Assembly (NCBI GenBank): GCA_951406725.2
Contig: OX597825.1
Location: forward strand, 51,460,001-51,524,000
Reading direction: 5' to 3'
DNA: 64,000 nucleotides
Origin: Octopus vulgaris
Taxonomy: Eukaryota
Below, piece after piece: positions 17,850-29,245 of this stretch; positions within the stretch are counted from its first letter, which is position 1, and every line of letters begins with the position of its first letter. The position numbers and the translations under genes are program-made. The notes beneath the pieces are model-generated. The model was not told the origin of the DNA. It ran no database searches and saw only the letters and a program-made list of their open reading frames with translations.

Positions 17850-19850
17850 TAGGATTGTGCGGCCATTACAACCAGGCACACTGTTATCTTCAGAATGACA
17901 ATTGATTCAGTGACAGTGACATGGAATCACTTACTGATATGCTCCAGCTTTCCCCTCCAGCAAACATGCTGTTATTTACTTCGCCTTTCCTATCAACACT
18001 ACAAAGGCCATGGGTCCTGAAAGTTTTTCAAAGTGAACATAAGCCATATCAACTACGTCTGAAGACCTGCGAAAGTCATTAGAACAAATCACTTTCCTCT
18101 TGTATACACGAAAATAAATGAATCTTAGGTTATAGTTTTTCATGAAAGTTGATGCCTTCATACTTCAGATTTGTGTATATTTTGTGCAGTCAAGAAATAT
18201 TTACAATGACCTCATTTACGGCTAGACAGACTATGGCATTGAATGACAGTCTATCATTGGTGATGATATATTGACTTTCTAAAAGCAAAACATAGCAAGT
18301 TGACCAATTAGAGAGTAAAGAAACGCCTATTCATTTCTGGAATGGAGAAGGTAATTAGATTAATCAGTGGGAGGAGCAGTTAAGTGAAAAGTAATTCTGA
18401 AAGAGGTCAACCAAATTTAAATGTGAAAATTGAAGTAAAATATATGCCATAATATAATATTCAGTATTGTCTAAAGAATATCAAGACGATAGGTCATTAT
18501 GGAAATGATAGAGATCTGAAATGTAGATTCCGAAGTTCCGGTTTTTGTTAGATTTTGATGACGTGGAAAAACTGTAGAGCTACGATAGAGAAAACAACAT
18601 TAGCGAGGTATTGCTGACTGATGAAATTTACGTTGACTACAGTAGTGAGTATCACATACATGAATATGTTGGTATTTGAGACGACAGTGACGATTATAAT
18701 AGTGAGAGAGATGTGCAGTCAGTGAATGAAGAATAAATTGATGCTGTAAAGCATATTCAGTGAATACCACCATCACGGTACTATATTCCATGCTGAAAAG
18801 GAGAGTAAAAGTTGTCATATTGTGGAGACAAAATCGTGAGCTAGAGTAGTGGTTGCTGGCTGATTAATGAACCTGTGGCTACCAACACGCATTGTTCAGC
18901 AACAGTCGGTACTGACAATCTTTTGCAACTAGAATTAAACCATAGGAATGGAAATTTTTTGCAAACACTGCCATCAGTAGTTTTAGTCAATAAGAAGTCA
19001 AGTTTATTTCTCCCATATGGGATTTTTTGTGCCATGAATGGTGATCGTATATTAATTCATCAACTCCGTTATTGAATTAGCAATAGCTATTTTCTTCACT
19101 TTACATGTGTTTTACGCACATTGTAAAAGTGATTAGGTGGGGATAATATTTTCCAGGTTATGAGTAAATGATTGTATGACAAACTAGAGATCTTGAAGCC
19201 TTAATATATTTCGATGTCTTTTCGAATATTTTTGCTTAGGAATTGTCACGGTACGTCTACATTCCGAATGTTTTCAGGATCAACATATCTCAACAAATTT
19301 TGCCTTCTGGTAAAGTATGCGAACTGTAATTCAAGTATTGCGTAGGCTTGCCTTTGTCAAAAAATACATACATTCAAGGAAGTCAATACGTAAGAAACCT
19401 CTTGGCCCTCCGGTGTCGGTAGGCTAGATACTAGTAATGTTCCGTATAAAGTATATCAAATAAACAACTACTGACGAGACTGGCACAGAGATTTCAGAGG
19501 AACGTTGTCTTAGGGAGGAAGGAATGGGTATAACGATTAATGCTAAACCGGTGTTTGGTGCAACAAATTGACAAACATGGATAAATAAATGAGTCCGGAT
19601 GGTGAGAGTGATGATGGTGCGAGACCAGCTAGATTACAAGGATATAGTCCAAGAGAACTTCGTATATAGCAGCAACAGCGACATTTAGAGCAGTACTTCA
19701 TTACAGGCCGCATTTGAGCCGGGTAGGCTGTTACCACGAACTTAGGAATGAAATATTTTCAAGCCCCTAAGTGAAGGTTTAGCTTTGAAGATGCGATCTT
19801 ACCTGTACTAAGGATGTACTTCCTCCCGATGATGGCAATGCCTAGCATTT
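17850..19850. mobile_element. Rearranged CR1/Jockey-group LINE fragments
   Basis: Plus strand ~17990: INTTKAMGPE (K-A-x-G-P-D motif). Minus strand ~19030-18960: IPYGRNKLDFLLT (end of APE domain). Minus strand ~19765-19680: KYFIPKFVVTAYPAQMRPVMKYCS (LYKAQVRPxMEYCS motif). Confidence 0.55.
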
Positions 19851-19948
19851 ACAATAATTGTAAGTTGTGTATGTATGTGTGAGGTGGGTAGGTGGGATTT
19901 TATAACGACTACTCTCATAACCAAGTGAGTATTACGTGGCGCTTATAC

Positions 19949-20125
19949 TATTAGGTTGTCAAGAAAGTTCTTGCGGTTTTTAATCTTTAAATTCAGATGC
20001 ACATATCTCGGCTCAAACAAAACTTAATTAATCGAAATAAACACCATCATAATCAACACACTTTTACCAACTCAAAACAAGTTTACTTATGCTAGTAGCG
20101 TAAAAATCTTGCTTTTGGTGACGAT
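19949..20125 (-). mobile_element. mariner transposon 3' end with TIR
   Basis: TA followed by TTAGGTTGTCAAGAAAGTT TIR. Minus strand reads DFYATSISKLVLSW*KCVDYDGVYFD*, the mariner C-terminus. Confidence 0.8.
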
Positions 20126-20738
20126 TAAGTCACGGACACACGGACACACAGAGACACACACACACACATCTGCACAAAACGATCATAGAAAGTATGACCC
20201 CAAATGACATTTGTCCGGCCAGCCTACCCACCAACACACACTCAGTGACACCAGAATGGACAGAGAGCTAAAATTCTTAGAAAACCCTAGGGGGTCCAGC
20301 AGGCCAAAGGAAATACTTCTTCTTTCCTCTCCCCTCCCCTTTTTCTCTTTAGCCTCAGATACAAACGCACACACACACACACACACATACACACACACAC
20401 ACACACATACACATACACACATGTTCTCTCTCTCACTTCCTCCTCACCCACCTCACCCTCTTATACTGTCTTATTCCTCCCCACTACTACGAAACTCTAT
20501 AGAATGACCAAATTCCCCACAAAGGAATTGATTTGATTTGAAAACCCCACTGGAATGGGAGAAAGCGCTAATAATCCGAATGATATGATCTGAATGATAT
20601 GATATATATATGTAAAAAATGTAATATATAAATAAATATCTATAAATATGAACCATCCGATCTGATTACCTCATTTCTTCTAATATATAGTACCTGTACA
20701 TCATCTCCAAACCTTCCAATATATATATATATACATAC

Positions 20739-20800
<62 letters not shown>

Positions 20801-20917
20801 TGAGTCAACATAGGCACAGTGATCGCCCATAAACCACATAGGAGCTTCTGATTGGTGTAAATTAGTAAATATTCTTTAGCTAAACATTCGATACAGGCAG
20901 AACACTAATGCAAATTT

Positions 20918-21048
20918 TTGCCTGAAGAAACGAACACATTTATTAATATCTCCCCTTAAAATCCATGTATATTGCAAATCATTCTTGTAACATTCCATAG
21001 AGGGGGAATACAACAATCAGAGCATGTAGTTTGTGGAAACGTAAGTAG
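20918..21048 (+). ncRNA. Degenerate type I hammerhead-like motif with long stem II
   Basis: CUGAAGA at 20922-20928; 20930-20939 pairs with 21024-21034 (one bulge); GAAACGUA at 21036-21043. Stem I pairs only if one extra A is allowed. Confidence 0.4.
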
Positions 21049-21099
21049 TTATACACTTAAAGGCTTATAAATTTCCATCCAAAAGATATTGTTGCTAAT

Positions 21100-21880
21100 A
21101 ACCATCCCATAAACTTATTCTGGAAGATGGAAATAATAAGCGGTAGCCGGATTAAATAACAAAGTTCGGTGGTCCAAAATAATGATTGTAAATTGCTTCC
21201 ATCGTCGGATGAGACGAGTCTCCATCTTCACGGAAGAAATCATACATTTGAGGTGCTGACAGTTAGGAGATTAACATGTAATGATTTTGTGGAGAGCTAA
21301 GCGTATTCGAGGTGGGGAATTCGGGAGATATTCAGATAGACAAAAATGAGAAGAGAAAACAAATTTCAAGGGATAGGGGTGAATGAGGCTAGTAGGGAGG
21401 CATAGTAATAGTAGAAGAGGGGGAGGGTTGTTTAGGTAGTACGTGAATGGTAACTTTTGTGTTTGTTTGAATGAAGGCTATAGAATTAATGAGTAGAGTT
21501 GGGGGAAGATGACATCTGTCTGGTATTATTTAGTTGAATGGGGTTACTAAGGGTTGTATTATTGCCAGTAGGTGATTTAATTTGGGTGCAGAGTGAGAGC
21601 TTGGGTGTTCCGAGGACTTGTGTCAAAGTTTGCGTTTGTTTGAGGAGGCGATTATAGATCCGAAATTAGCTGTAGTGGAGTAGGATATTTTTACAGTTGA
21701 TTTCTTAAAAATAGGATATTATTTATGCTGTGATGGAAAATTAGATTTTAGGATTTTGAAAAGGGGTATAAATGGAGAAAGGTGGTGCGAATCATAGCAT
21801 TTCCCATTTCCTCAGAATGTTTAGAGTGTGTGGTTTTTGTAGGTTGATCAGGAGTGGGGAGCTTGTAGTTATGTATATCC
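21100..21880 (-). mobile_element. Decayed Penelope-like element fragment
   Basis: Minus strand: FAPPFS...FKILKSNFPSQHK*YPIFKKSTVKISYSTTANFGSIIASSNKRKL, homologous to VIWFTPPYS...RHFPVNHTYRKLFNRHNLKISFS in the 30.2 kb element. Confidence 0.65.
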
Positions 21881-21989
21881 TATAATTCTTGTGCCAACGA
21901 AAGTGCCTCGATGTAGTGGATTGAAATACTGAAAATAACATTCAGATCTCCTCAAATCCCACCGCAATGTCTTTAAATAGTAAAGATAC

Positions 21990-22650
21990 ATTATGCTCTA
22001 TCTTCAGCAAATAACATGGGATGTCCAAGACTGGCAAAAAAAACCCACCTGCATCCGATTTCAACCTCATCCACATTGCTGAACCTCTGCCCGTGTACGG
22101 AATGCCTCCGAAAACGTGGTGATCTGATGGTACAAAAATTGGACATTAGGTAGCGCGAGGCAACACAAACAACACACAACAAAATCTTTTCAAACCGCTT
22201 TTGTTTGACAACAGTTTCTGAAGCTTTGTTTGAATGGAACCACTGATATCACTTATTTGGATTACGAAAATAGATCCATTTTTCATCTCCGGTTACAATT
22301 TGAGACTAAAGTCGGACATCCCAAGGTTTTGCCAGCAGTTGTTTGCAAGTCTTCACACCTCATTGAACTTAATCATTGATTAGTTCATAAGAAAGTTCTC
22401 GACAGTGTCTATTTACAAGGCCGAGTTTATGGAAGTATCGATTGATAGTGCTTTGTGAAGGACCAAATTCTATCGACAATACTCAAGTGCTTGTGATTGG
22501 CTGTTCAAACATTTCAAGCAAGGCCCATCCTCCACAACAGGTGACCCGGACCTTGGTGTCACCTTCTCTAAAATGTCTGAATCAGCTTTGAACTACAAAT
22601 TCATTGACAGTTCCTTGCCCTCCCACATCACTAATATCTTTTGTCACAGC
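21990..22650 (-). mobile_element. Internally deleted mariner transposase pseudogene
   Basis: Minus strand contains SQIVTGDEKWIYF (first catalytic D motif) and VPSDHHVF / HGQRFSNVDEV (APSDYHLF region). Confidence 0.8.
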
Positions 22651-23499
22651 CGTTGCACTCAGTTCTTTTGTACCACAGCTAGATTAACATGTCTCTACTT
22701 GCAAGTTTTTCCCCTTTCATCATCATATATGCAAAATAAAGAATATACAATTTATATTTTTATATTATATATGAAAATAAATAATAAAAAATTCAACAAT
22801 CCGAAAAAAGCATTTGCTTCAACTGGTAATTAAAGGTGATGAAATCAGCATTTATCTTGTTCTTCTACCATTGCTTCTGATATTACGGCGCCTGTTACTT
22901 TCATTTGTGTTCTATTAGAATATGTGCTAGTGACATACCGTGGTCGATTATAAGCTACAAAGACGAAAGTACCTTGAAGAGCGACGATAGTTACTTAATT
23001 ATTGAATTGTGGATATCTTATTGACGTTAGGAACTTCTATCATAGCAACGAGTTGATGCTCTTTCCTAATATATTCATAGATTATAGATGCAAATCATAC
23101 TTTAAAATTGGAAGGATGACAATTTTAGCACAATACTGCAATCGTTTGTTACTGTAAAAATTGTAAAATAATTATGAAGAAATTAATGAAATTATTCATT
23201 CGTGTTAATAATAAAAGCCAAAGAAAACAGGACTAAAATTTTCACCCTGCAGCACACAGCAACAATTAATCGCTTGAAGCTGTGTTTACTAATAAAAAAA
23301 ATGTCATTCTTAAAGAAATTTCCGATACTGTTGCTATTTTTTTATAACATTATTCCTTGTATGAAAAAACTTATCCCTTGGAGAATGTTTTAAGCTATTC
23401 CGTCTTATACTTGAAGGTATATAATAAATACACTGTTGAAAAGATTTATTAAAAGTACTGTCTGCAAAAATGAAGTAACACTGTCTGTTGGAAACATCT

Positions 23500-23501
<2 letters not shown>

Positions 23502-23562
<61 letters not shown>
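23502..23562. repeat. (CA)n microsatellite
   Basis: Direct reading. Confidence 0.95.
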
Positions 23563-23564
<2 letters not shown>

Positions 23565-24034
23565 ATGACACATAGCTTCAGTAACAATCACAACGTCAAC
23601 TTGCGCTCTCCCCACATACGAGTCAGACCAACTTACATTATATTCATGCTATTAACACTAACACCACGAAATAACTCCGAAGTAAGTAAATAAAATTTCC
23701 TTCGTTTATTTTATTACTTCACCGACGAAAAGCAGAAGAAACATACAAGTGAGAAGTTATTGATTCTGTGTAAGAGGAACCAACTAACTCTAGCTGAAGT
23801 ATAAGACTGTTTGCAGTTATCCAGGAGAAGAAAATGTGAGAAAATACTTGTAGTGAAAACAACGGTCAAAGATTGTAGCGTTTATGTCCTGATGCCAGTT
23901 TTAGCTGCCTATCCTTATATCGTCAGAGTGAGAGCATCCTAATTTTGTTATTTATTGACTAGGAATAACAAGGAATAACAAACTAAGCTGCACGCTAACA
24001 AATATTACCCACGCCAGCAATATATATATATATA

Positions 24035-24202
24035 TTTGATTTTTTTTGATTTTGATTTTTCCAGTTTCAGCTAATGAGCTGTGGCCATGCTGGGGCACCG
24101 CCATTTTAATTCTCATTACGGGAGATGGACGATCGAGCGGCGGCGGCTCGCGTGCGAGACAATGCGGGCCTCGCGGCGAGCGCTGCCCTTTCCTGCGACT
24201 CC
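24035..24202 (-). mobile_element. Chimeric retrocopy: GC-rich segment fused to a SINE/LINE-type 3' tail
   Basis: GGCGGTGCCCCAGCATGGCCACAG...TGAAAC plus an A-rich tail matches the SINE 3' end at 35641-35700. The upstream 85 bp is ~72% GC (hand count). Confidence 0.6.
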
Positions 24203-24442
24203 ATATATATAAGTTCAGCAAAATTTAGATTCAAATGAATATGGTACTTAAGTTAGATGCGCCAGAATTGCACCAGAATGTCATCAATTGATATGAAAAT
24301 TATGTATTAATGGAAAACCTCTATCAATGGCTGGTGAGTGCTCAGCATTTTAAACTGTTGTAATACTTACAACATTTAATAAAATGATGTAGCGTGAAAC
24401 GATCGTACCAAATTACCGAAGTTATTCTTGTTGCTTTTTTTG

Positions 24443-24489
<47 letters not shown>

Positions 24490-24514
24490 TGTTGCATTTA
24501 GGAATGGTCATTTT

Positions 24515-24600
24515 GTATATATGCATGTAATATTGTAAATGTATATATGCATGTAATATTGTAAATGTATATATGCATGTAGTATTGTAAATGTATATAT
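24515..24600. repeat. 26-bp minisatellite, about 3 copies
   Basis: GTATATATGCATGTAATATTGTAAAT repeated at 24515, 24541 and 24567. Confidence 0.9.
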
Positions 24601-24659
24601 ATGCGTGTATATACATATGTATGCGTACATATGCACGTATATATGCGTAAGTGTGTGTG

Positions 24660-25393
24660 CATCCCCTCACTACTATCCACACAGGCCTTGCCAGAGCACG
24701 TTCCGGAGACCGTGCATCTGCTCTCTCTACCCGCACCCGCACCACCGTTGCCCGTCTCCCGTTTCCCCTTACCTACCACCACTCCACCTTGCTCTTCCAA
24801 CGCAGCATTCTCCGAGCCTTCCAGCGAATCCAGTTCGACCCATCCATCTCGTACATCCTTTTCCATTTTCAAACGAGCCCACAACCTGCCTGACCTCCTA
24901 GTTGACATTTTTTCTCTAACCCCACCTCTCAGCCTGGCTCGTTCCCCTGCTCCCGCCCACGCTGCTGCACGTTCCCCTGCGTCTCTAACACCACTATCCT
25001 CACAGGCACCCACCATCGTTCCTATCATATCACCGACTCCTTTACCTGCACTTCTAGCAACGTTATTTACTGCATCTCCTGCTCTTTCTGCCCCCACCGT
25101 CTCTACATCGGTAAAACGGGACGCCGCATAGTTGACAGGTTCGCGGGATTGTTTTTGCAAAATGGCCATCTGTACTCTCGCATTCGACGTGAACAGAAAT
25201 TTATCTTCTCTCCTTTGCCCCACATGGGCTCAACTCCCCTCCTCTCTTCATATGACTCCCTTCCTATCCTCTCTTCACTCCTACTCACATTCTCTCTTTA
25301 TTGATACCAACCCTTCCCCATTTACTCACTTTACCGAGTGTCAAACTCCTGCTGCTGTTCATAGACCTGTCTTTTGTGTTTCTGTAAATTTCA

Positions 25394-25395
<2 letters not shown>
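24660..25395 (+). mobile_element. Penelope-like (Neptune-type) 3' fragment with GIY-YIG endonuclease
   Basis: Frame starting at 24933 reads PGSFPCSRPRCCTFPCVSNTT...DSFTCTSSNVIYCISCSFCPHRLYIGKTGRRIVDRFAG (Cys-rich linker, VIY...YIG). FKRAHNLPDLLV lies upstream, and the element ends in (TA)n. Confidence 0.85.
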
Positions 25396-25426
<31 letters not shown>

Positions 25427-25427
25427 G

Positions 25428-25458
<31 letters not shown>

Positions 25459-25784
25459 ATGTATGTATACGTATGCATGTATGTATATGTATATATATAT
25501 GAATGCATGCATATATATATTTGTTTGTGTGCGCGTGTTCGTGTGTGTGTGTTCGAGTGCAATATGATTGAATGATCATATTAAGAAGCCGACTATACAA
25601 CTTTAAGGTCACTGGATCAAGAGCAAAACTGCCTTGACAGAAACCTACATAGAACACGGTCGGATGGATTTATATTTAGTGTAAATATACGGTCTTGTCA
25701 TGCACTGTTTCACAATTACTCTCTACGAGAATTGCGTTAAGAGTACACGCGTCAGATGAATATTCACTCATATACACGTTTGAC

Positions 25785-26093
25785 CACAGGGCTCCATATC
25801 AAACTTTTAGGGCCATGTACTCAAAATAGTAAGTTAGGAATTCACCGTATTGTTTTAAGCACCCGTGGTAATTGTTATTTTGCATGTATTTACTGCAAAA
25901 AAATGGGTAGGTATCATTCACTAATGTGTTACATAATTCAACCTACGCAAGCTAATGTGTAAATAACCAAATAGTAGTTTTCAAAGAAGCATCTATAAAA
26001 CTAGTTTTCAAACAACGAATGACAATGGGGGTGAACCAGAATAGAATAGTAATCAAAGAGATCCATACATAAAAAAATGGTTGCGAACCACTG
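25785..26093 (+). mobile_element. Non-autonomous hAT-like MITE remnant
   Basis: Ends GGTTGCGAACCACTG followed by ATTTAG, a hAT-type TIR (reverse complement CAGTGGTTCGCAACC). The left TIR is not recognisable. Confidence 0.4.
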
Positions 26094-26334
26094 ATTTAGG
26101 AGATATATTATTTGATCGTACAACTGAAACCCCTTATCTCTACAAAGGCTACTTTTTTCAAGAACTCAACAATCTAGTACTGTTCCGTTTAAAATTACAC
26201 GTCCCGACACTTTGAGAGATCTTCATTTGGTAATTTATATTACATAAGAATTCATTAATTTTCGCAAATGAAACGTAGATAAGATGGCATAACTATCTTA
26301 TAAACAATCCCTAAAATTCATATATGTATGTGTC

Positions 26335-26388
<54 letters not shown>

Positions 26389-26417
26389 CACACACATATA
26401 TATCTATATATATCCAC

Positions 26418-26451
<34 letters not shown>

Positions 26452-26749
26452 GTATGTATATATATATGTATATATGGATGGGTTGAGGGATGGATGGATG
26501 GATGGATCAAAACAGTTTGATTCAATTTTGTTAGTACTCTTGGGTTCTTAGGGCGATGGTAGACGTCAGCCATTTTAAATTTGACTATTGTTTGTGGAAA
26601 GTCACGTGGCGTTGCGGTTTGATGTTCGTATGTGGGTAACAGTTAGTTGGAAAATACTGTTTTCATCCATACATGCAGCTCCCAATAAATTGGTTGTGTG
26701 TCCTTTCGTTTGGTCACTCACTCGTGTATATATATATATATATATATAT

Positions 26750-27320
26750 ACCACTCCCCTCCTCTCCGCCTCTCCCCTTTTCCTCCTCTCCCTCCTCCTC
26801 ATTCTCCTCATCTCCCCCTCCCCTCTCTTCTCCCCCTCTCACTCTCCCCCATCCCCCACAACCCCCACTCTACCCCAAACCCCAGCCGAACCCACACCCC
26901 ACTTGGGCTTTCCCCACTCTCGCCTCCCCCATCTCCCCACATCTCCACACCCACACATACATACACGCACACGTCCAGACCACCAGCCCTCTTTCACACG
27001 CACATACATACTCTCTTATACACACACGTAACTTTGTGTTCTGGGCACCATCGTTTTGGAAGTCACTTGACCCTGTAATCTCCCCTACTGTCCCTCTCGC
27101 GTCTGACCACTGTCCGAAGTCAGGACGCCATGATAGATAGTTAGATCCTACACGCACTTTTTTCTCTCCTTGTTTTTTTCTGTGTATCGTTCTGTCGAAG
27201 AGCATAGGCTCGAAACATAAAAGACTTATTCTATTTATACTCCTGAACGCCATACTAATACATGTGTTTGCTTGTACTGCACCTGCCTTCGTCTTTTGTT
27301 TATTTTCGTAAACCTTCCCG

Positions 27321-27322
<2 letters not shown>
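26750..27322 (+). mobile_element. PLE 3' UTR/pLTR fragment with hammerhead-like motif
   Basis: C-rich tract and terminus (GTCTTTTGT...GTAAA then (TA)n) parallel 25220-25395. CTGTCGAAGAGCATAGGCTCGAAACATA at 27192-27219. Flanked by (TA)n on both sides. Confidence 0.55.
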
Positions 27323-27369
<47 letters not shown>

Positions 27370-27374
<5 letters not shown>

Positions 27375-27610
27375 ATATAGAAGGAGCTTCTACAGGACTA
27401 GTACTGTTTCATTCAAGAGAAATCTTCAGGAAGTATGTAGGTCCCGGGTTGATTCGGGGTTAACCACAGTAAATAAGGTACTCAATACATAGCAGAGTAA
27501 AATTAATTTATTATATAGAAGGAGCTTCTACAGGACTAGAACTGTTTCATTCAAGATTTCTCTTGAATGAAACAGTTCTAGTCCTGTAGAAGATCCTTCT
27601 ATATAATAAA
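27370..27610 (-). mobile_element. Non-autonomous 138-bp hammerhead-containing retroelement (retrozyme-like): partial tandem plus inverted 5' segment
   Basis: Direct repeat with period 138 (27387 vs 27525). 50-bp inverted arms at 27507-27556 and 27561-27610 with one mismatch. (TA)n on both sides; no ORF. Confidence 0.75.
27387..27433 (-). ncRNA. Type I hammerhead ribozyme
   Basis: Minus strand: CUUC-CUGAAGA-UUUC(UCUU)GAAU-GAAA-CAG(UACUAGUC)CUG-UA/GAAG. The catalytic core is intact, stems I and III pair fully, stem II has 3 bp plus a basal U-U, and the GUA cleavage site falls after 27391. Confidence 0.8.
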
Positions 27611-27654
27611 TATATATATATATATGTATATACTTATATTGATATATATTATCG

Positions 27655-27998
27655 TTTATCAGTTTTAGTTGTTAAACTGCAGCCACGCTGGAAATATTTT
27701 AGTCGGATGAAACGGTCCCAACTACGTATTTTTCAAATAGCTGTTACTTATTCTATCAGTACCTTTAATAGATCCCCAACTTACAGGGTCGTAAACACAC
27801 CAACACAAGTTCTAAAGCGGTGATGCAGGATAAACACACTGTGTCACACACACGTCTATATATACGACGGGTTTCTTTCTACCAGATCTATTCACACAGC
27901 TTTAGTAGGAGATATTTGATCGAGATTCCACACAACGGGACTAAACCCAGAACCAAAGGTTGGGAATGTAACTTCTTTCCACACAGCCACACCTGTGC
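27655..27998 (-). mobile_element. Old SINE copy, same family as 35276-35700
   Basis: Degenerate alignment through CTGCAGCCACGCTGG, TATTCTATCAG, TATATACGACGGG and ACACAGCCACACCTG. Confidence 0.7.
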
Positions 27999-28019
27999 TG
28001 ATATATATATATATATAAG

Positions 28020-28990
28020 AAATTAAAAAAGGAAAATACACACACTTTACATAGTTTTAAGATAATTTTTAATATATCGACCGGTTTCGCTTTCGCTATT
28101 CGTGATATTAAGTCTTACTTATTTGAATGTGTATTTTCTTAAGAGGAAATTTTTGTCGATGTTGTGTGTTATGATACTTACAAGTGAATGACTCCAAAAG
28201 TAGTAAAATAAGGGGAGGTAATTGGTTATCTTTAACATTGTTATTGCTGTAGGCAAGGGAGATAACTGTTCATCTTTCGGTAAGGAGATAGGAGTATATA
28301 TATATATACACACAAAAAAGTTTTGAAATACTTTTTTAGTGATGAAATCGTGAATTGAAATCTTTAAAAAGATAAAAGCTGGTTATGTGCGCATATTAAG
28401 ACGTGTTCTGTTTTTTCGATGAAAAACTTTGCCGTATTTAAACGGTCATGTGGAGAAATTGTGTCTTTGCACTGGTAAAGGGAAAGTTCATGAAATTTGG
28501 TCTGATGTTATCGGCACATTTTTCTATATGTTCACCGAGAAGAATTTGCCTGTATTGCGGGAAACGGATTTGCTCTTTATATAAAGTCGTTCTCCGTCTC
28601 AAGGTCATACTCGTCTGTCCAATATATTTGTGTCAACTACCCGAGCAGTTTATTACATAAATTAGGCTCCTAGAGGCACAAGAGAAACTAGTTTTAATTG
28701 TGAACCTCTCTCTTTGTTTGAAAAGGAAATCCGAGCCTTCAAGTAAGTTGGGGAAGGTTCCACAATTTGGGCGTCCACATTTTTTAGCCGTTGGATTCGT
28801 GGTTGTATTATAAAGCTTTGCATTTGTTAGCAGTCTCTTTAGTGACTTGTGTTGCTTTTTACATTTGATGAATTTGTGCGTTTCCAGTATGTCGTTCATT
28901 TTTGGATCTCTAGTTAGTAAAGGGAGATTTTGCACAATATTGTTGAATGCTTCACTGTTTCTGGGGTTATGTGTTGATATAAACAGTAGT
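28020..28990 (-). mobile_element. Penelope-like (Neptune-type) 3' fragment: linker, GIY-YIG, pLTR
   Basis: KKCGRPNCGTFP...LIYVINCSGS*HKYIGQTSMTLRRRTTLYKEQIRFPQYRQ; same family as the 49.4-52.3 kb element. Confidence 0.85.
28074..28108 (-). ncRNA. Minimal type I hammerhead-like motif, degenerate core
   Basis: AUAUC-ACGAAUA-GC(GAAA)GC-GAAA-CCGG-UC/GAUAU. Palindromic ACCGGU replaces stem III; the core has 3 mismatches to CUGANGA. Confidence 0.5.
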
Positions 28991-29023
28991 GTTTTGAGTC
29001 AGATGGTTTATAATATATGTATG

Positions 29024-29081
<58 letters not shown>

Positions 29082-29172
29082 TAAAACGGTAAGATAACAA
29101 AAGAAAGAAAGATACCTCAATATTATATAAATAGAGGAAATTTATCTATACAATAATTTGTTACATTACTCG

Positions 29173-29245
29173 ATAGCCAAGATAAAACTCTGAGTTTCAG
29201 ATGCCGAAGTGGGAATCCACGACATCTCTTCGGTTATCTGGCTAT
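29173..29245 (-). ncRNA. Variant type I hammerhead in the inverted pLTR
   Basis: Mirror copy of 30959-31031. Stem I extends to AUAGCCA-GAUAA / UUAUC-U-UGGCUAU. Confidence 0.6.

Noticed and set aside
26550-26620. Cluster of YY1, CRE and E-box-like motifs (GACGTCA, GCCATTTT, CACGTG)
   Set aside because: Short motifs are expected by chance, and there is no linked gene.
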